Assembly (NCBI GenBank): GCA_030390025.1
Contig: CM059432.1
Location: 151,530,001-151,594,000 of the forward strand
DNA length: 64,000 nt
Reading direction: 5' to 3'
Origin: Squalus acanthias
Lineage: Eukaryota
Positions 9,684 to 21,398 of this stretch are shown piece by piece. The position numbers were made by a program, and so were the translations under genes. The first letter of the stretch is position 1. Each line of letters opens with the position of its first letter. Under the pieces are notes generated by a model. That model had not been told where the DNA came from. It was given only the letters and a program-made list of their open reading frames with translations, and made no database searches.

Positions 9684-12580
9684 TTTGTCAGGGGGATGGG
9701 AAAAAGGGCTGTAGTCCAGGAGCCAGTGGTGAGTGTAGGGAGGTACTGAGGAGGGTATCAAGGTCGCAGGAATGTACCGGCAGACAGGAAGATGGCTTGA
9801 AGTGTGTCTACTTCAATGCAAGGAGCATCCGGAATAAGGTAGGAGAACTTGGAGCGTGGATTGGTACTTGGGACTACGATGTGGTGGCCATTACGGAGAC
9901 ATGGTTAGAACAGGGACAGGAATGGTTGTTGGAAGTTCCGGGGTATAGATGTTTCAGTAAGAGTAGGGAAGTTGGTAAGAAAGGTGGAGGAGTAGCATTG
10001 TTAATCAAGGATAGTTTAACAGCGGCAGAAAGGCAGTTCGAGGGGGATCTGCCGTCTGAGGTAATATGGGCTGAAGTTAGAAATAGGAAAGAAGCGGTCA
10101 CGTTGTTAGGAGTTTTCTACAGGCCCCCAAATAGTAATAAAGATGTGGAGGAAGAAATTGCAAAGCAGATTATGAATAGGTGTGGAGGTCACAGAGTAGT
10201 TGTCATGGGTGACTTCAACTTTCCAAATATTGATTGGAACCTTTATAGGTCAAACAGTTCGGATGGGATAGTTTTTGCACAGTGTGTGCAGGAGGGTTTC
10301 CTGACACAATATGTGGATAGGCTGACAAGAGGTGGGGCCACGTTGGATTTGGTACTGGGTAATGAACCGGGCCAAGTGTTTGATTTGTATGTGGGAGAGC
10401 ACTTTGGAGATAGTGACCACAATTCGGTAACTTTCACTATTGCAATGGAGAGGGATAGGGCCATACGGCAGGGCAGGGTTTATAATTGGGGGAGGGGTAA
10501 TTATGATGCGATTAGGCAAGAATTAGGGAGTATAAGATGGGAACAGAAACTATCAGGGAAAGGCACAAACGAAAAGTGGAGCTTTTTCATGGAGCAATTA
10601 CTGCGTGTCCTTGACAGGTATGTCCCTGTCAGGCAGGGAGGAAATGGCCGAGTGAGAGAACCATGGTTCACAAAAGAGGTTGAATGTCTAGTCAAGAGGA
10701 AAAAGGAAGCGTATGTAAGGATGAGAAAACAAGGTTCAGCTGGGTCGATTGAGGGGTACAAGGTAGCAAGGAATGAGCTAAAAAAAGAGCTTAGGAGAGC
10801 TAGGAGGGGGCATGAGAAGTCCTTGGCGGGTCGGATCAAGAAAAACCCCAAGGCTTTTTACTCTTATGTGAGAAATAAAAGAATGACCAGGGTGAGGGTA
10901 GGGCCGGTCAAGGACAGTAGTGGGAACTTGTGCATGGAGTCAGAAGAGATAGGAGAGGTGATGAATGAATACTTTTCGTCAGTGTTCACCGAGGAGAGGG
11001 GCCATGTTCTTGAGGATGAGAGTGTGATAAAGGTGGATAGGCTGGAGGTGGTAGATGTTCTGAGGGAAGATGTTTTAGCAATTTTGAAGAACCTGAGGGT
11101 CGATAAGTCCCCTGGGCCAGATGGGATATATCCTAGGATTCTTTGGGAGGCAAGGGAGGAGATTGCAGAGCCTCTGGCTTTGATCTTTGGGTCCTCACTG
11201 TCCACGGGGATGGTGCCAGAGGACTGGAGAGTGGCGAATGTTGTTCCTCTCTTCAAGAAAGGAAATAGGAATGACCCTGGTAATTATAGGCCGGTTAGTC
11301 TTACTTCGGTGGTTGGTAAGATAATGGAAAAGGTCCTGAGGGATAGGATTTATGACCATTTGGAAAGGGGCAACTTAATCAGGGATAGTCAACACGGATT
11401 CGTGAAGGGTAAGTCTTGCCTAACAAATTTGATTGAATTCTTTGAGGAGGTAACTAAGTGTGTAGATGAAGGTAGAGCAGTTGATGTCGTATACATGGAT
11501 TTTAGTAAGGCGTTTGATAAGGTTCCCCATGGTCGTCTCATGAAGAAAGTAAGGAGTTGTGGGATAGAGGGAAATTTGGCCGATTGGATAAGTAACTGGC
11601 TATCTCATAGAAGGCAGAGGGTGGTGGTGGATGGAACATTTTCGGACTGGAGACCAGTTACCAGCGGTGTGCCACAGGGGTCGGTGCTGGGTCCTCTGCT
11701 GTTTGTGATTTTTATCAATGACTTGGAGGAGGAGACTGAAGGGTGGATCAGTAAATTTGCTGATGACACCAAGATTGGTGGAGTAGTGGATGAGGTGGAG
11801 GGCAGTTGTAGGCTGCAAAGAGACATTGATAGGATGCAGAGCTGGGCCGAAAAATGGCAGATGGAATTTAACCCTGATAAGTGCGAGGTGATTCATTTTG
11901 GTAGGGCAAATTTGAATAAGGATTACAGGGTCAACGGCAGGGTTCTGAGGAACGTGGAGGAGCAGAGGGATCTGGGGGTTCATATCCACAGATCTCTGAA
12001 GGTTGCCACTCAAGTGGATAGAGCAGTAAAGAAGGCCTATGGTGTGTTGGCGTTTATTAACAGAGGGTTTGAGTTTAAGAACCGTGAGGTTATGCTGCAA
12101 CTGTACAGGACCTTGGTGAGACCACATTTGGAATATTGTGTGCAGTTCTGGTCACCTCACTATAGGAAGGACGTGGAAGCATTGGAAAGAGTGCAAAGGA
12201 GATTTACCAGGATGCTGCCTGGTTTGGGGGGGAGGTCTTATGAGGAAAGATTGAGGGAGTTGGGGCTTTTCTCTTTAGAGCGGAGGAGGATGAGAGGCGA
12301 CTTAATAGAGGTTTATAAGATGATGAGGGGGATAGATAGAGTGGATGTTCAGAGACTATTTCCTCGGGTAGAGGCAGCTGTTACAAGGGGGCATAAATAT
12401 AAGGTGCATGGGGGGAGATATAGAAGGGATGTCCGAGGTAGATTCTTTACTCAGAGAGTGGTTGGGGTGTGGAATGGACTGCCTGCTGTGATAGTGGAGT
12501 CGGACACTTTAGGAACTTTCAAGCGGTTATTGGATAAGCACATGGAGCACACCAGAGTGATAGGGAGTGTGATAGCTTGA
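9674..12580 (+). CDS. CR1 ORF2: AP-type endonuclease plus reverse transcriptase, in the -1 frame relative to ORF1
   Basis: NARS, ETW, YRPP, GDFN and SDH endonuclease motifs; [27 protein letters not shown] and FADD RT motifs; no stops. The start given is the slippery site; the true initiation mode is unknown. Confidence 0.93.
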   Translation, partial: FKLICQGDGKKGCSPGASGECREVLRRVSRSQECTGRQEDGLKCVYFNARSIRNKVGELGAWIGTWDYDVVAITETWLEQGQEWLLEVPGYRCFSKSREVGKKGGGVALLIKDSLTAAERQFEGDLPSEVIWAEVRNRKEAVTLLGVFYRPPNSNKDVEEEIAKQIMNRCGGHRVVVMGDFNFPNIDWNLYRSNSSDGIVFAQCVQEGFLTQYVDRLTRGGATLDLVLGNEPGQVFDLYVGEHFGDSDHNSVTFTIAMERDRAIRQGRVYNWGRGNYDAIRQELGSIRWEQKLSGKGTNEKWSFFMEQLLRVLDRYVPVRQGGNGRVREPWFTKEVECLVKRKKEAYVRMRKQGSAGSIEGYKVARNELKKELRRARRGHEKSLAGRIKKNPKAFYSYVRNKRMTRVRVGPVKDSSGNLCMESEEIGEVMNEYFSSVFTEERGHVLEDESVIKVDRLEVVDVLREDVLAILKNLRVDKSPGPDGIYPRILWEAREEIAEPLALIFGSSLSTGMVPEDWRVANVVPLFKKGNRNDPGNYRPVSLTSVVGKIMEKVLRDRIYDHLERGNLIRDSQHGFVKGKSCLTNLIEFFEEVTKCVDEGRAVDVVYMDFSKAFDKVPHGRLMKKVRSCGIEGNLADWISNWLSHRRQRVVVDGTFSDWRPVTSGVPQGSVLGPLLFVIFINDLEEETEGWISKFADDTKIGGVVDEVEGSCRLQRDIDRMQSWAEKWQMEFNPDKCEVIHFGRANLNKDYRVNGRVLRNVEEQRDLGVHIHRSLKVATQVDRAVKKAYGVLAFINRGFEFKNREVMLQLYRTLVRPHLEYCVQFWSPHYRKDVEALERVQRRFTRMLPGLGGRSYEERLRELGLFSLERRRMRGDLIEVYKMMRGIDRVDVQRLFPRVEAAVTRGHKYKVHGGRYRRDVRGRFFTQRVVGVWNGLPAVIVESDTLGTFKRLLDKHMEHTRVIGSVIA

Positions 12581-14240
12581 TCTTGGTCTCGGACAATGCT
12601 CGGCACAACATCGAGGGCCGAAGGGCCTGTACTGTGCTGTACTGTTCTATGTTCTATGTTCTATAACTCAACTTCACAAAGGGTCTGTCAACATTTGCAA
12701 AGAAAAAGATCCAAGTTTCACATTGACCCTTTGTCAATATATATATATATATATTTTTCTCTGAGAGTGACGAACTAAAAGAGGGTCATGTTTTAAAACC
12801 AAAGAGTCATTTCCACTGCTAACCAGTAACATTTAACAGGTCTAGAATCACAATTGGTCAAAGGTTTGCAAATCACATTTTTTTTTTAAATAGGATACCA
12901 GCACTCTTTATTGCTTAGGTCATAAGTATCTGCCTGTTGACTGGTATATTAGATGGCATAAAATTCAGTGTGGGATGACACTAGTTGATAAATGTTAGGT
13001 ATCAGGTTTCTGTTTACTTTTTCTAATGTTTGGGAATGAATGAGTTTCAAATGAACATTCCTCAACCTGCACTTACCCCCAAATGTAAGCACCTATGACC
13101 TGAGCCATTTTACGGATGCTGTCTGGCATTGCATTGTTACTTGGTGCTGCAAATTCCAGATTGGTAACAAAGAAAGTGTAACTACACTAAAATGCGATTA
13201 AACTGACACTCCGTGCCTGTTTTCCAATGCTGTCATTGCACATTTTGATATGGCTTTCCCTGAAAAATTAGTATTTTTTCCCTTGTGTTTTTAATCTGAT
13301 ATTGCTGTACCTATTCCTTCACATTAACAAGTGCAAAATTACCAAGAACAAAGTATAGAAACTAATTGCTGTTTCGAAACACTTTGTGCATTAGACATCA
13401 TCTACCAGGGCGTAGTGCTGAGCAGAAAATTAGGTGTTTTTTGTTGCATCACGTGCTCTTCCACAACTAATTTTTACGATGCTCTCCACCCAGACAATGC
13501 TTAATGCACAGGCAGGAGAAAGGAAAAATATACCCCTCTCTTCACGTTACTACTTTTCCTGAGAATCTTGTTAGGCCACCTTCAAAGTTCCATGACCACT
13601 GGAAATTTTGTTTTATTCATTCATGGGATGTGGGCGTCACTGGCAAGGCCAGCATTTATTGCCCAACCCTAATTGCCCTTGAGAAGGTGGTGGTGAGCCG
13701 CGTCTTGAACCGCTGCAGTCCGTGTGGTGAAGGTACTCCCATAGCGCTGTTAGCGAGGGAGTTCCAGGATTTTGGTCCAGTGACGATGAAGGAACAGCGA
13801 TATATTTGCAGGTCAGGATGGTGTGTGACTTGGAGGGGAACTTGGAGGTGGTGGTGTTCCCAAACGCCTGCTGCCTTTGTCCTTCTAGGTGGTGGAGGCC
13901 ACGGGTTTGGGAGGTGCTGTCAAAGAAGCCTTCGCAAGTTGCTGCAGTGCATCTTGTAGATGGTACACACTGCAGCCATGGTGCAAGGGTGGTGAAGGAA
14001 GTGAATGTTTAAGGTGGTGGATGGGGTGCCAATAAAGCGGGCTGCTTTGTCCAGAATGGTGTCGAACTTCTTGAGTGTTGTTGGAGCTGCACTCATCCAG
14101 GCACGTGGAGAATATTCCATCACACTCCTGTCTCGTAGATGGTGGAAAAGCTTTGGGGAGTCAGGAGGTAATACACTCGCCGCAGAATACCCAGTTTCTG
14201 ACCTGCTCTTGTAGCCAAAGTATTTATGTGGCTGGTCCAG

Positions 14241-17200
14241 ATACTCAATCTCTCCTCGTCGGACAACCCTCTCCTCCCAGGAATCATTCGAGTGAACCTT
14301 CGTTGCACTGCCTCCAAGGCACATATATCCTTCCTCAGAAAAGGAGACCAGAATTGTGCACAGTACTCCAGGTGTGGCCTCACCAAGGCCCTGTACAATT
14401 GTAGCAAGACTTCCTTACTCTTATACTCCAATTACCTTGCAATAAAGGCCAACATGCCATTCGCCTTCCTAATTGCTTGCTGTACCTGCATGCTAATTCT
14501 CAAGGACACTAAAATCTCTCTGAACACTAACATTTAATAGTTTCTCACCATTTAAAAGATATTGGCCCAGAAATTTGACTCGGAGGCTTGCTGCGGGGGT
14601 AAGGATTGCGCGCGATATCACACACCACGCCGGCCGTTGTGTTTTGGGCCCACAGGAACTTCGGGTCCTGGGCCTCTCCCTAGTGCCGGCGCGCAGTGCT
14701 TGCGTGTCCCAGGGGCGCGGTTAGTGCGATGCGACCTCTGGGATCACGTGGGCCATGGAGAGCCAATGGCAGCAGACCATCTTTCATTCATAGATTTGAC
14801 AGGAGACCTGTCAAATCTGTGAATTGAAAGAGACCCCAAAAGAACAGCTAAACCTCAAATAACTTTTTTTTTAAAACCATTACATTAATAAAATAACTAT
14901 AGTTAAATAAATTAACCACTTTAAACAAAAATTTAAATTTTTGAAAAAATTAAAAAAAAATTTAAAAGTTATAAAAATAAACTTACCTTTCTTTAAAGTC
15001 TCTAAAAAAGATAAACCTGTTGAAAAAAATTAAAAATTATACTTAATTACTACTTACCTTGTTCAAAAGGGGTCTTACGCCTCCTTTTTACATGTGTATA
15101 ATCTTCCATACTTACCCTCGCGTTGAAACCTGAAAAAAAACCTAAGTGTGCTGCGTGCGCACAGCCTGTAGTGCGCACACGGTTCACCTAGGAACCGCCC
15201 CCTTCGCCATACCGGAAGTGCCGGTTTCCTGCGCATGCGCAGTGCATGCAGGAAACCGGCACTTCAGGATCGAATACGGGTGAGTACACAGTGCGTACTC
15301 TCCCGTATTCGGCCTGAATTTTTGGGCCATTCTGTTTTTCTATTCTTCCTACCAAAGTGAATAACCTCACATTTTCCTACATTATACTCCACCTGCCACC
15401 TTCTTGCCCACTCACTTAACCTGTCTATATCCCTTTGCAGGCTCTGTGTCCGCACAGCTTACTTTCCCATCTAGCTTTGTATCATCAGCAAACTTGGATA
15501 CATTACACTCAGTTCCTTCATCTAAGTCATTACTATAGATTTTAAATAGCTGAGGCCCAAGCACTGATCCTTGCGGCACCCAGCCAGTAACAGCCTGCCA
15601 ACCTGAAAATGATCCGTTTATCCCTACTCTCTATTTTCTGTCCATTTACCAATCCTTGATCCATGCTAATATATTACCCCCAACCCCATGAGCTCTTATC
15701 TTGCGTAACAACCTTTTATGTGGCATCTTATCGAATGCCTTTTGGAAATCCAAATATACTACATCCACTGGTACCCCTTTATCTACCCTGCTAGTTACAT
15801 CTTCAAAAACTCTAATAAATTTGTTAAACACGATCAGGTCCAGGGGATTTGTCGGATTTTAATCCCATTTGTTTCTCAATTATTTTGTCTCTACTGATCT
15901 TAATTACTTGAAGCTCCTCAATCTCATTAGTCCCTTGGTTCCCCACTATTTTTGGTATGCTTTTTGTGTCTTCTACTGTGAAGACAGATACAAAATATTT
16001 GTTTAAAATCTCTGTCATTTCCTTATTCCCCATTATTTCTCCTGTCTCAGCCTCTAAGGGACCAACACTTACTTTTGCTACACTCTTCCTTTTTACATAC
16101 TTGTAGAAGCTCTTACAATCTGCTTTTATATTTCTTGCTAGTTTACTCTCAAATTCTATTTTCTCCCTTTTTATCAATTTTATGGTCATCCTTTGCTGGT
16201 TTCTAAAGTTCTCCCAATCTTCAGTCTTACTCCTATTCTTCGCAACATTATAAGCCTCTTCTTTTAATGGAACACTATCCTTAACTTCTTTAGTTAGCTA
16301 CAGATGGATCACTTTTCCCATGGAGTTTTTATTTCTTAATGGAATGTATATCGTTGAGAATTTTCGAATATTTATTTAAATGTTTGCCACTGCTTATCTA
16401 CTGTCATACCTTTTAATCTAATTTCCCAATCTACTGTAGCCAACTCACCCCTCAGACCTTTGTAATTGGCTTTATTTAAGTTTAAGACTCTAGTTTTGGA
16501 CTCAGAATTTCACATTGGGTTTGAAAGTGAAATAATTATCACATTGTGATCACTCTTCCCCAAAGGATCCTTTACTGTGAGATTACTAATTAACCCTGTC
16601 TCATTACACAATACAAGATCTAAAGTAACCTGTTTCCTGGTTGGTTCCACGATGTATTGTTCCAGGAAACTGTCTCGAATGCATTCCATTAACTCACCCA
16701 ACAGACTACCAGTGCCAAATTGATTTGCCCAGTCTATATGTAAATTAAAGTCCCCCACAATTATTGCATTACCTTTGTTACAAGCTCCTATTATTTGTTA
16801 AATAATACTCTGTCCAACGGTGAGGCTACTGCAAGGGGGCCTATAAACTACTCCCACCAGTGTTTTCTGCCCCTTGTTATTTCTTATCTCCACCCATACT
16901 GATTCTACTTCCTGATCTTCTGAGCCAAGATCCTTTCTCACTACTGTCCTTATGTCATCCTTTATTATCAGGGCTACCCCAACTCCTCCTCCTTTTCCAT
17001 TCTGCCTGTCTTTTCGAAATGTCAAGTACCCTGGAATGTTTACCTTGGTCACCGTGCAACCACGTCTCTGTACTGGCTATGAGATCAGACCCATTTCTCT
17101 CTATTTGTGCCACTAATTTGTCTATCTTGTTATGAATGCTTCGTGCATTCAGATAAAGAGCCTTTAATTTTAACTCTTTACCATTATTCCCTGCTTTCAC

Positions 17201-18561
17201 CTTATTCGCTGATACACTATCACCATTAAACTCTCTGTTCCTTCCTGTCACACTCTGCTTATCTTTACTCAAATTGCTGCACTGCTCCATTGACTTGACT
17301 TTTCTCTTTAGATTTCTAAATTTCCCCTCACCTGACCCCTCCCCTTTTTAGTTTAAAGCCCTATCTACAGCCCTAGTTATTCGATTCGCCAGGACACTGG
17401 TCCTAGCCTGGTTTATGGGGCTGGTCCCAACAGAATGGCTCCCTCTTTCCCCAGTACTGGTGCCAGTGCCTTATGAACCAAAACCCCTTCCTCCCACGCC
17501 ACTCTTTGAGCCATGCATTTAACTCTCTGATCTGCTTGTCCCTATGCCAATTTGCGCGTAGCTCAGGTAAAAATCCAGAGATTATTATCTTTGAGGTTCT
17601 GTGTTTTAATTTGGACCCTAGCTCCTGAAACACTCTCAGCAGAACCTCATTCCTATTTCTACCTATGTCATTGGTTCCTACATGGACCATGACAACTGGA
17701 TCCTCCCCCTCCCACTCCAAGTTCTTCTCCAGCTGCAAGGTGGTGTCCTTAACCCTGGCATCAGGCAAGCAACACAGCCTTCGGAACCCCCGGTCACGGC
17801 TGCCACCTGACTATACTGTCCAATACCACTACAACATTCCTTTTCACTCCCCCCACTTGAATGGCCTCCTGTACCATGGTGCCGTGATCAGTTTGCTCAT
17901 CCACCCTGCAGACTTTGCCCTCATCCAAACAGGCAGCAAGAACCTCATACCTGTTGGATTAGGGCAAAGGCCGAGCCTCCTCCAGCACTGCATCTGTGGT
18001 CCCCTTACCTGCCTGAGTCACAGTCACACCCTCCTGTCCCGGACCACTAAGCAGACCTGTACCACTACTTAAACGAAGGGGTGTGACTGCCTCCTGGATC
18101 AAAGTGTCCAGGTAACTCTCCCCCTCCCTGATGCCCCGCAATGTCTGCACCTCGGACTCCAGCTCAACAACTCTGAGCTGAAGTTCCTCGAGACGTAGAC
18201 ACTTCCTGCAGACGTGGTCGTCCGGGATCGCAATGCTCTCTGCAAACTCCCACATGCTGCAGTTGCGGCACACCACCTGCACTGCTATCCGTATATAACG
18301 TTGTTTTATTTATTTAATTAATTCAAGTGTATGTATTTAATACTTAGCTTATAGTTCTGTTTTTTTTAACTAATTACTAGATCTAATTTAAGTTATAGGT
18401 CGATTAAATTAAATATTTACCTGTAACACAAAGCACTACAAGTATTGAAGGCAAAAAGCAACAGCTCCTTTCCCCTCTGCTCTGAATTCCCACTCTCTCC
18501 AAATTCCCAACTTTAACACTCTTATTTAGAAGCATTCCATTTAAGACCACTCTGTGCAGAC
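14241..18561 (-). mobile_element. Degenerate CR1 LINE retaining its 5' end and ORF1 zinc finger, 3' end missing
   Basis: ORF1 CRNC-x14-CRKC plus leucine-zipper-like helix (17959-18282); HVGTND esterase; fragmented ORF2 (NARS, GDFN, DFQKAFD, RPHLEYC). Confidence 0.9.
14564..15328. mobile_element. Non-autonomous PIF/Harbinger-type DNA element inserted in CR1
   Basis: Terminal inverted repeats GGCCCAGAAATT / AATTTTTGGGCC, 3-bp duplication ATT (14561-14563, 15329-15331), AT-rich centre, internal hairpins. Confidence 0.75.
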
Positions 18562-19228
18562 CATTCAGTTTCTGGTCACTGGTGACGCCTTGGATGTTGA
18601 TGGTGGAAAATTCAGCGATGGTAAACTTTCTCTTGTTGGAGATAGTCATTGCCTGGCACTTGTGTACTGTGAATGTTACTTTCCTCTTATCAGCCCAAGC
18701 CTAAATGTCTTGCAGGTCTTGCTGCATGTGGGTACGGACTGCTTCATTATCTGAGGAGTTACGACTGGAACTGAACACTGTGTAATTATCCCCACTTTTG
18801 ACCTTATGATGGTGGGAAGGTCATTGGTGAAGCAGGCAAAGATAGTTGGACATAGCACACTGCCCTGAGGAACTCCTGCAGCGATGTCCTAGGGCTCAGA
18901 TGTTTGGCCTCCAACAACCACAACCATCTTCCTTTGTGCTAGGTATGACTCCAGCCAGTGGTGAGTTTTCCCCCTGATTCCCATTGACTTCACTTTTACT
19001 GGTGCTCCTTGATGCCACACTCGGTCAAATGCTGCCTTGTTGTCAAGGGCAGTCACTCTCACCTCACCTCTGGAATTCAGCTCTTTTGTCCATATTTGGA
19101 CCAAGGCTGTAATGAGGTCTGGAACCGAGTGGACCTGACAGAACCCAAACTGAGCATCAGTGAGCAGGTCATTGGTGAGTAAGTGCTGCTTGATGGCACT
19201 GTCGACGACACCTTCCATCACTTTGCTG

Positions 19229-20830
19229 TTCCATCATCCGCGCATTTTAAAAGAATCTAGGGAAGAAATAGCCGAGGCATTACTGCACATATTTAGTAAT
19301 TCGTTAGAAAAAGGTGTGATGCCAGAGAACTGGCGGATAGCTAACGTAATACCTATATTTAAGAAGCAAGATAAAACATGTCCAGGGAACTATAGGCCAG
19401 TCAGCTTAACATCGGTGGTAAGAAAAATAATGGAATCCCTACTAAAGGAGAAAATAGAAGAACATCCAGAAACAAAAAATATAATAAATAGTCAGCATGG
19501 ATTTCAAAAGGGAAAGTCTTGCTTGACCAATTTGCAACCTCATTGAACTTTTTTGAAGAGGTAACAGAGAGAGCAGACAAGGGTAATGCAGTAGATGTGA
19601 TTTATCTAGATTTTCAAAAGGTCTTTGATAAGATACCCCATAATAAACTGATGAATAAGGTCAGGGAATGCGGAGTCAGGGGACAAGTAGCAGAATGGAT
19701 AGCTAGCTGGCTTCAAGACAGAAAGCAGAGAGTAGGGGTAAAGGGTAGCTATTCAGAGTTGCAGAAGGTGGGAAGTGGTGTTCCACAAGGATCAGTGCTG
19801 GGACCACCGTTGTTCACGATTTATATTAACAATTTAGATCTTGGAATCAGAAACACAATTTCTAAATTTGCGGACAACACCAAATTGAGGAGGACTGCAA
19901 CAAATTACAAGAAGACATCAATAAACTTGCAGAATGGGCACATAATTAGCAAATGAAATTCAACACAGATAAATGTGAGTTATTACATTTTGGTAAGAAA
20001 AATAGGGAGGTCACATATTACTTGGAAAATAAGAATCTAAATGGGGTAGAGGAGCAAAGGAATCTCAGAGTACAAATACACAAATCACTAAAAGTAGTGA
20101 CACAGGTTAACAAGGCCGTTAAAAAAAGCAAACCAAGCACTCGGGTTTATTTCTAGAGGGATAGAATTGAAAAGTAGTGAAGTTATGCTAAACTTGTATT
20201 GAACCTTGGTTAGACCACACTTGGAGTACTGCGTACAGTTCTGGTCGCCATATTATAAAAAGGATATAGGGGCACTGGAGAGGGTGCAGAGAAGATTTAC
20301 AAGGATGATACCAGAAATGCGAGGGTATACCTAACAGGAAAGGATGAACAGGCAGGGTCTCTTTTCTCTTGAAAAGAGAAGGCTGAGGGGTGACCTAATA
20401 GAGGTCTTTAAAATCATGAAAGGTTTTGATAGAGTGGATACAGAGAGAGTGTTTCCACTTGTGGGGAAGAGCAAAACGAGAGGCCATCAATATAAGATAG
20501 TCACCAAAAAATCAAATAGGGAATTCAGAAGAAACTTCTTCACCCAGAGAGTGGTGAGAATGTGGAACTCGCTACCACAGGGAGTGGTTGAAGTGAGTAG
20601 TGTATTTTTAGTGTCGAAGCAAGTCATCCTCTGTTCCAAGGGACTGCCTAAGAAGAAGAAGATGCATTTAAGGGGTAGTTAGATAAGCATATGAGGGAGA
20701 AGGGAATAGAGGGTTATGCTGATAGGGTTAGATGAGGAAAGACAGGAGGAGGCTCGAGTGGAACATAAACACCGCTATAGACTGGTTGGGCCGAATGGCC
20801 TGTTTCTGTGCTGTATATCCTATGTAATCC
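19229..20830 (+). mobile_element. Degenerate 5'-truncated CR1 LINE
   Basis: Frameshifted RT fragments ([23 protein letters not shown]) and CR1 3' UTR. Confidence 0.92.
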
Positions 20831-21094
20831 ATTAAAGTATGGAGGATTCCAGTCGTATGGGAACACTGTGAATCGATAATTCCTAGGGATTGTGAAAATA
20901 AATTGGGAATATTAGCTGATGACTTTAACTGTCCACGCATTCCATAAATGAGTACTTATAAACACGCCAGCATTACTTTGTTTGGATGTCAGCACACCCA
21001 TGGAATAGGGTGTTTTCATGCTAGCAATGTGTGCTATTCTGATGCAAATACTGCAAACCTAAATATTATAATAGCCTGCCCTTCCCATTGAAGG

Positions 21095-21398
21095 TTCACA
21101 GAATCCCCACAGTGCAGATAGAGGCCATTTCGGCCCATCGAGCCTGCACCGACACATATCCCACCCTATCCCCATAACCCCACGTATTTAATCCCCCTAA
21201 CACTAAGGGTTAATTTATCATAGCCAAATCAACCTAACCCGCACATCTTTGGAATGTGGGAGGAAACCGGAGCACCCGGAGGAAACCCACGCAGACAATG
21301 TGCAAACTCCACACAGACAGTCACCCGAGGCTGGATTCGAACCCGGGTCCCTAGCGCTGTGAGGCAACAGTGCTAACCACTATGCCACCGTGTTGCCC
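21095..21398 (-). mobile_element. V-SINE (HE1-like): tRNA-derived head, V-domain, CR1-derived tail
   Basis: Minus strand GGTGGCATAGTGGTTAG...GGTTCGAATCC A/B boxes; V-domain GTCTGCGTGGGTTTCCTCCGGGTGCTCCGGTTTCCTCCCAC; CR1-like 3' end. Confidence 0.9.

Larger units (their letters stand above)
9146..12664 (+). mobile_element. CR1 LINE, 5'-truncated within ORF1, ORF2 intact
   Basis: Esterase-type ORF1 C-terminus, uninterrupted endonuclease-RT ORF2, 3' UTR ending in (GTTCTAT)n. Confidence 0.97.
13613..19228 (-). mobile_element. Older CR1-clade LINE in two pieces (13613-14240 and about 18562-19228), split by an inserted CR1
   Basis: RT motifs AQFGF and LDNKAAFDRVWH at 18889-19221; the sequence appears to continue across the insert (GGCTGGTCCAG...TTCAGTTTCTGGTC). 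Confidence 0.75.

Noticed and set aside
21325..21398. tRNA gene
   Set aside because: The A/B boxes belong to a SINE head followed by a V-domain and a CR1 tail
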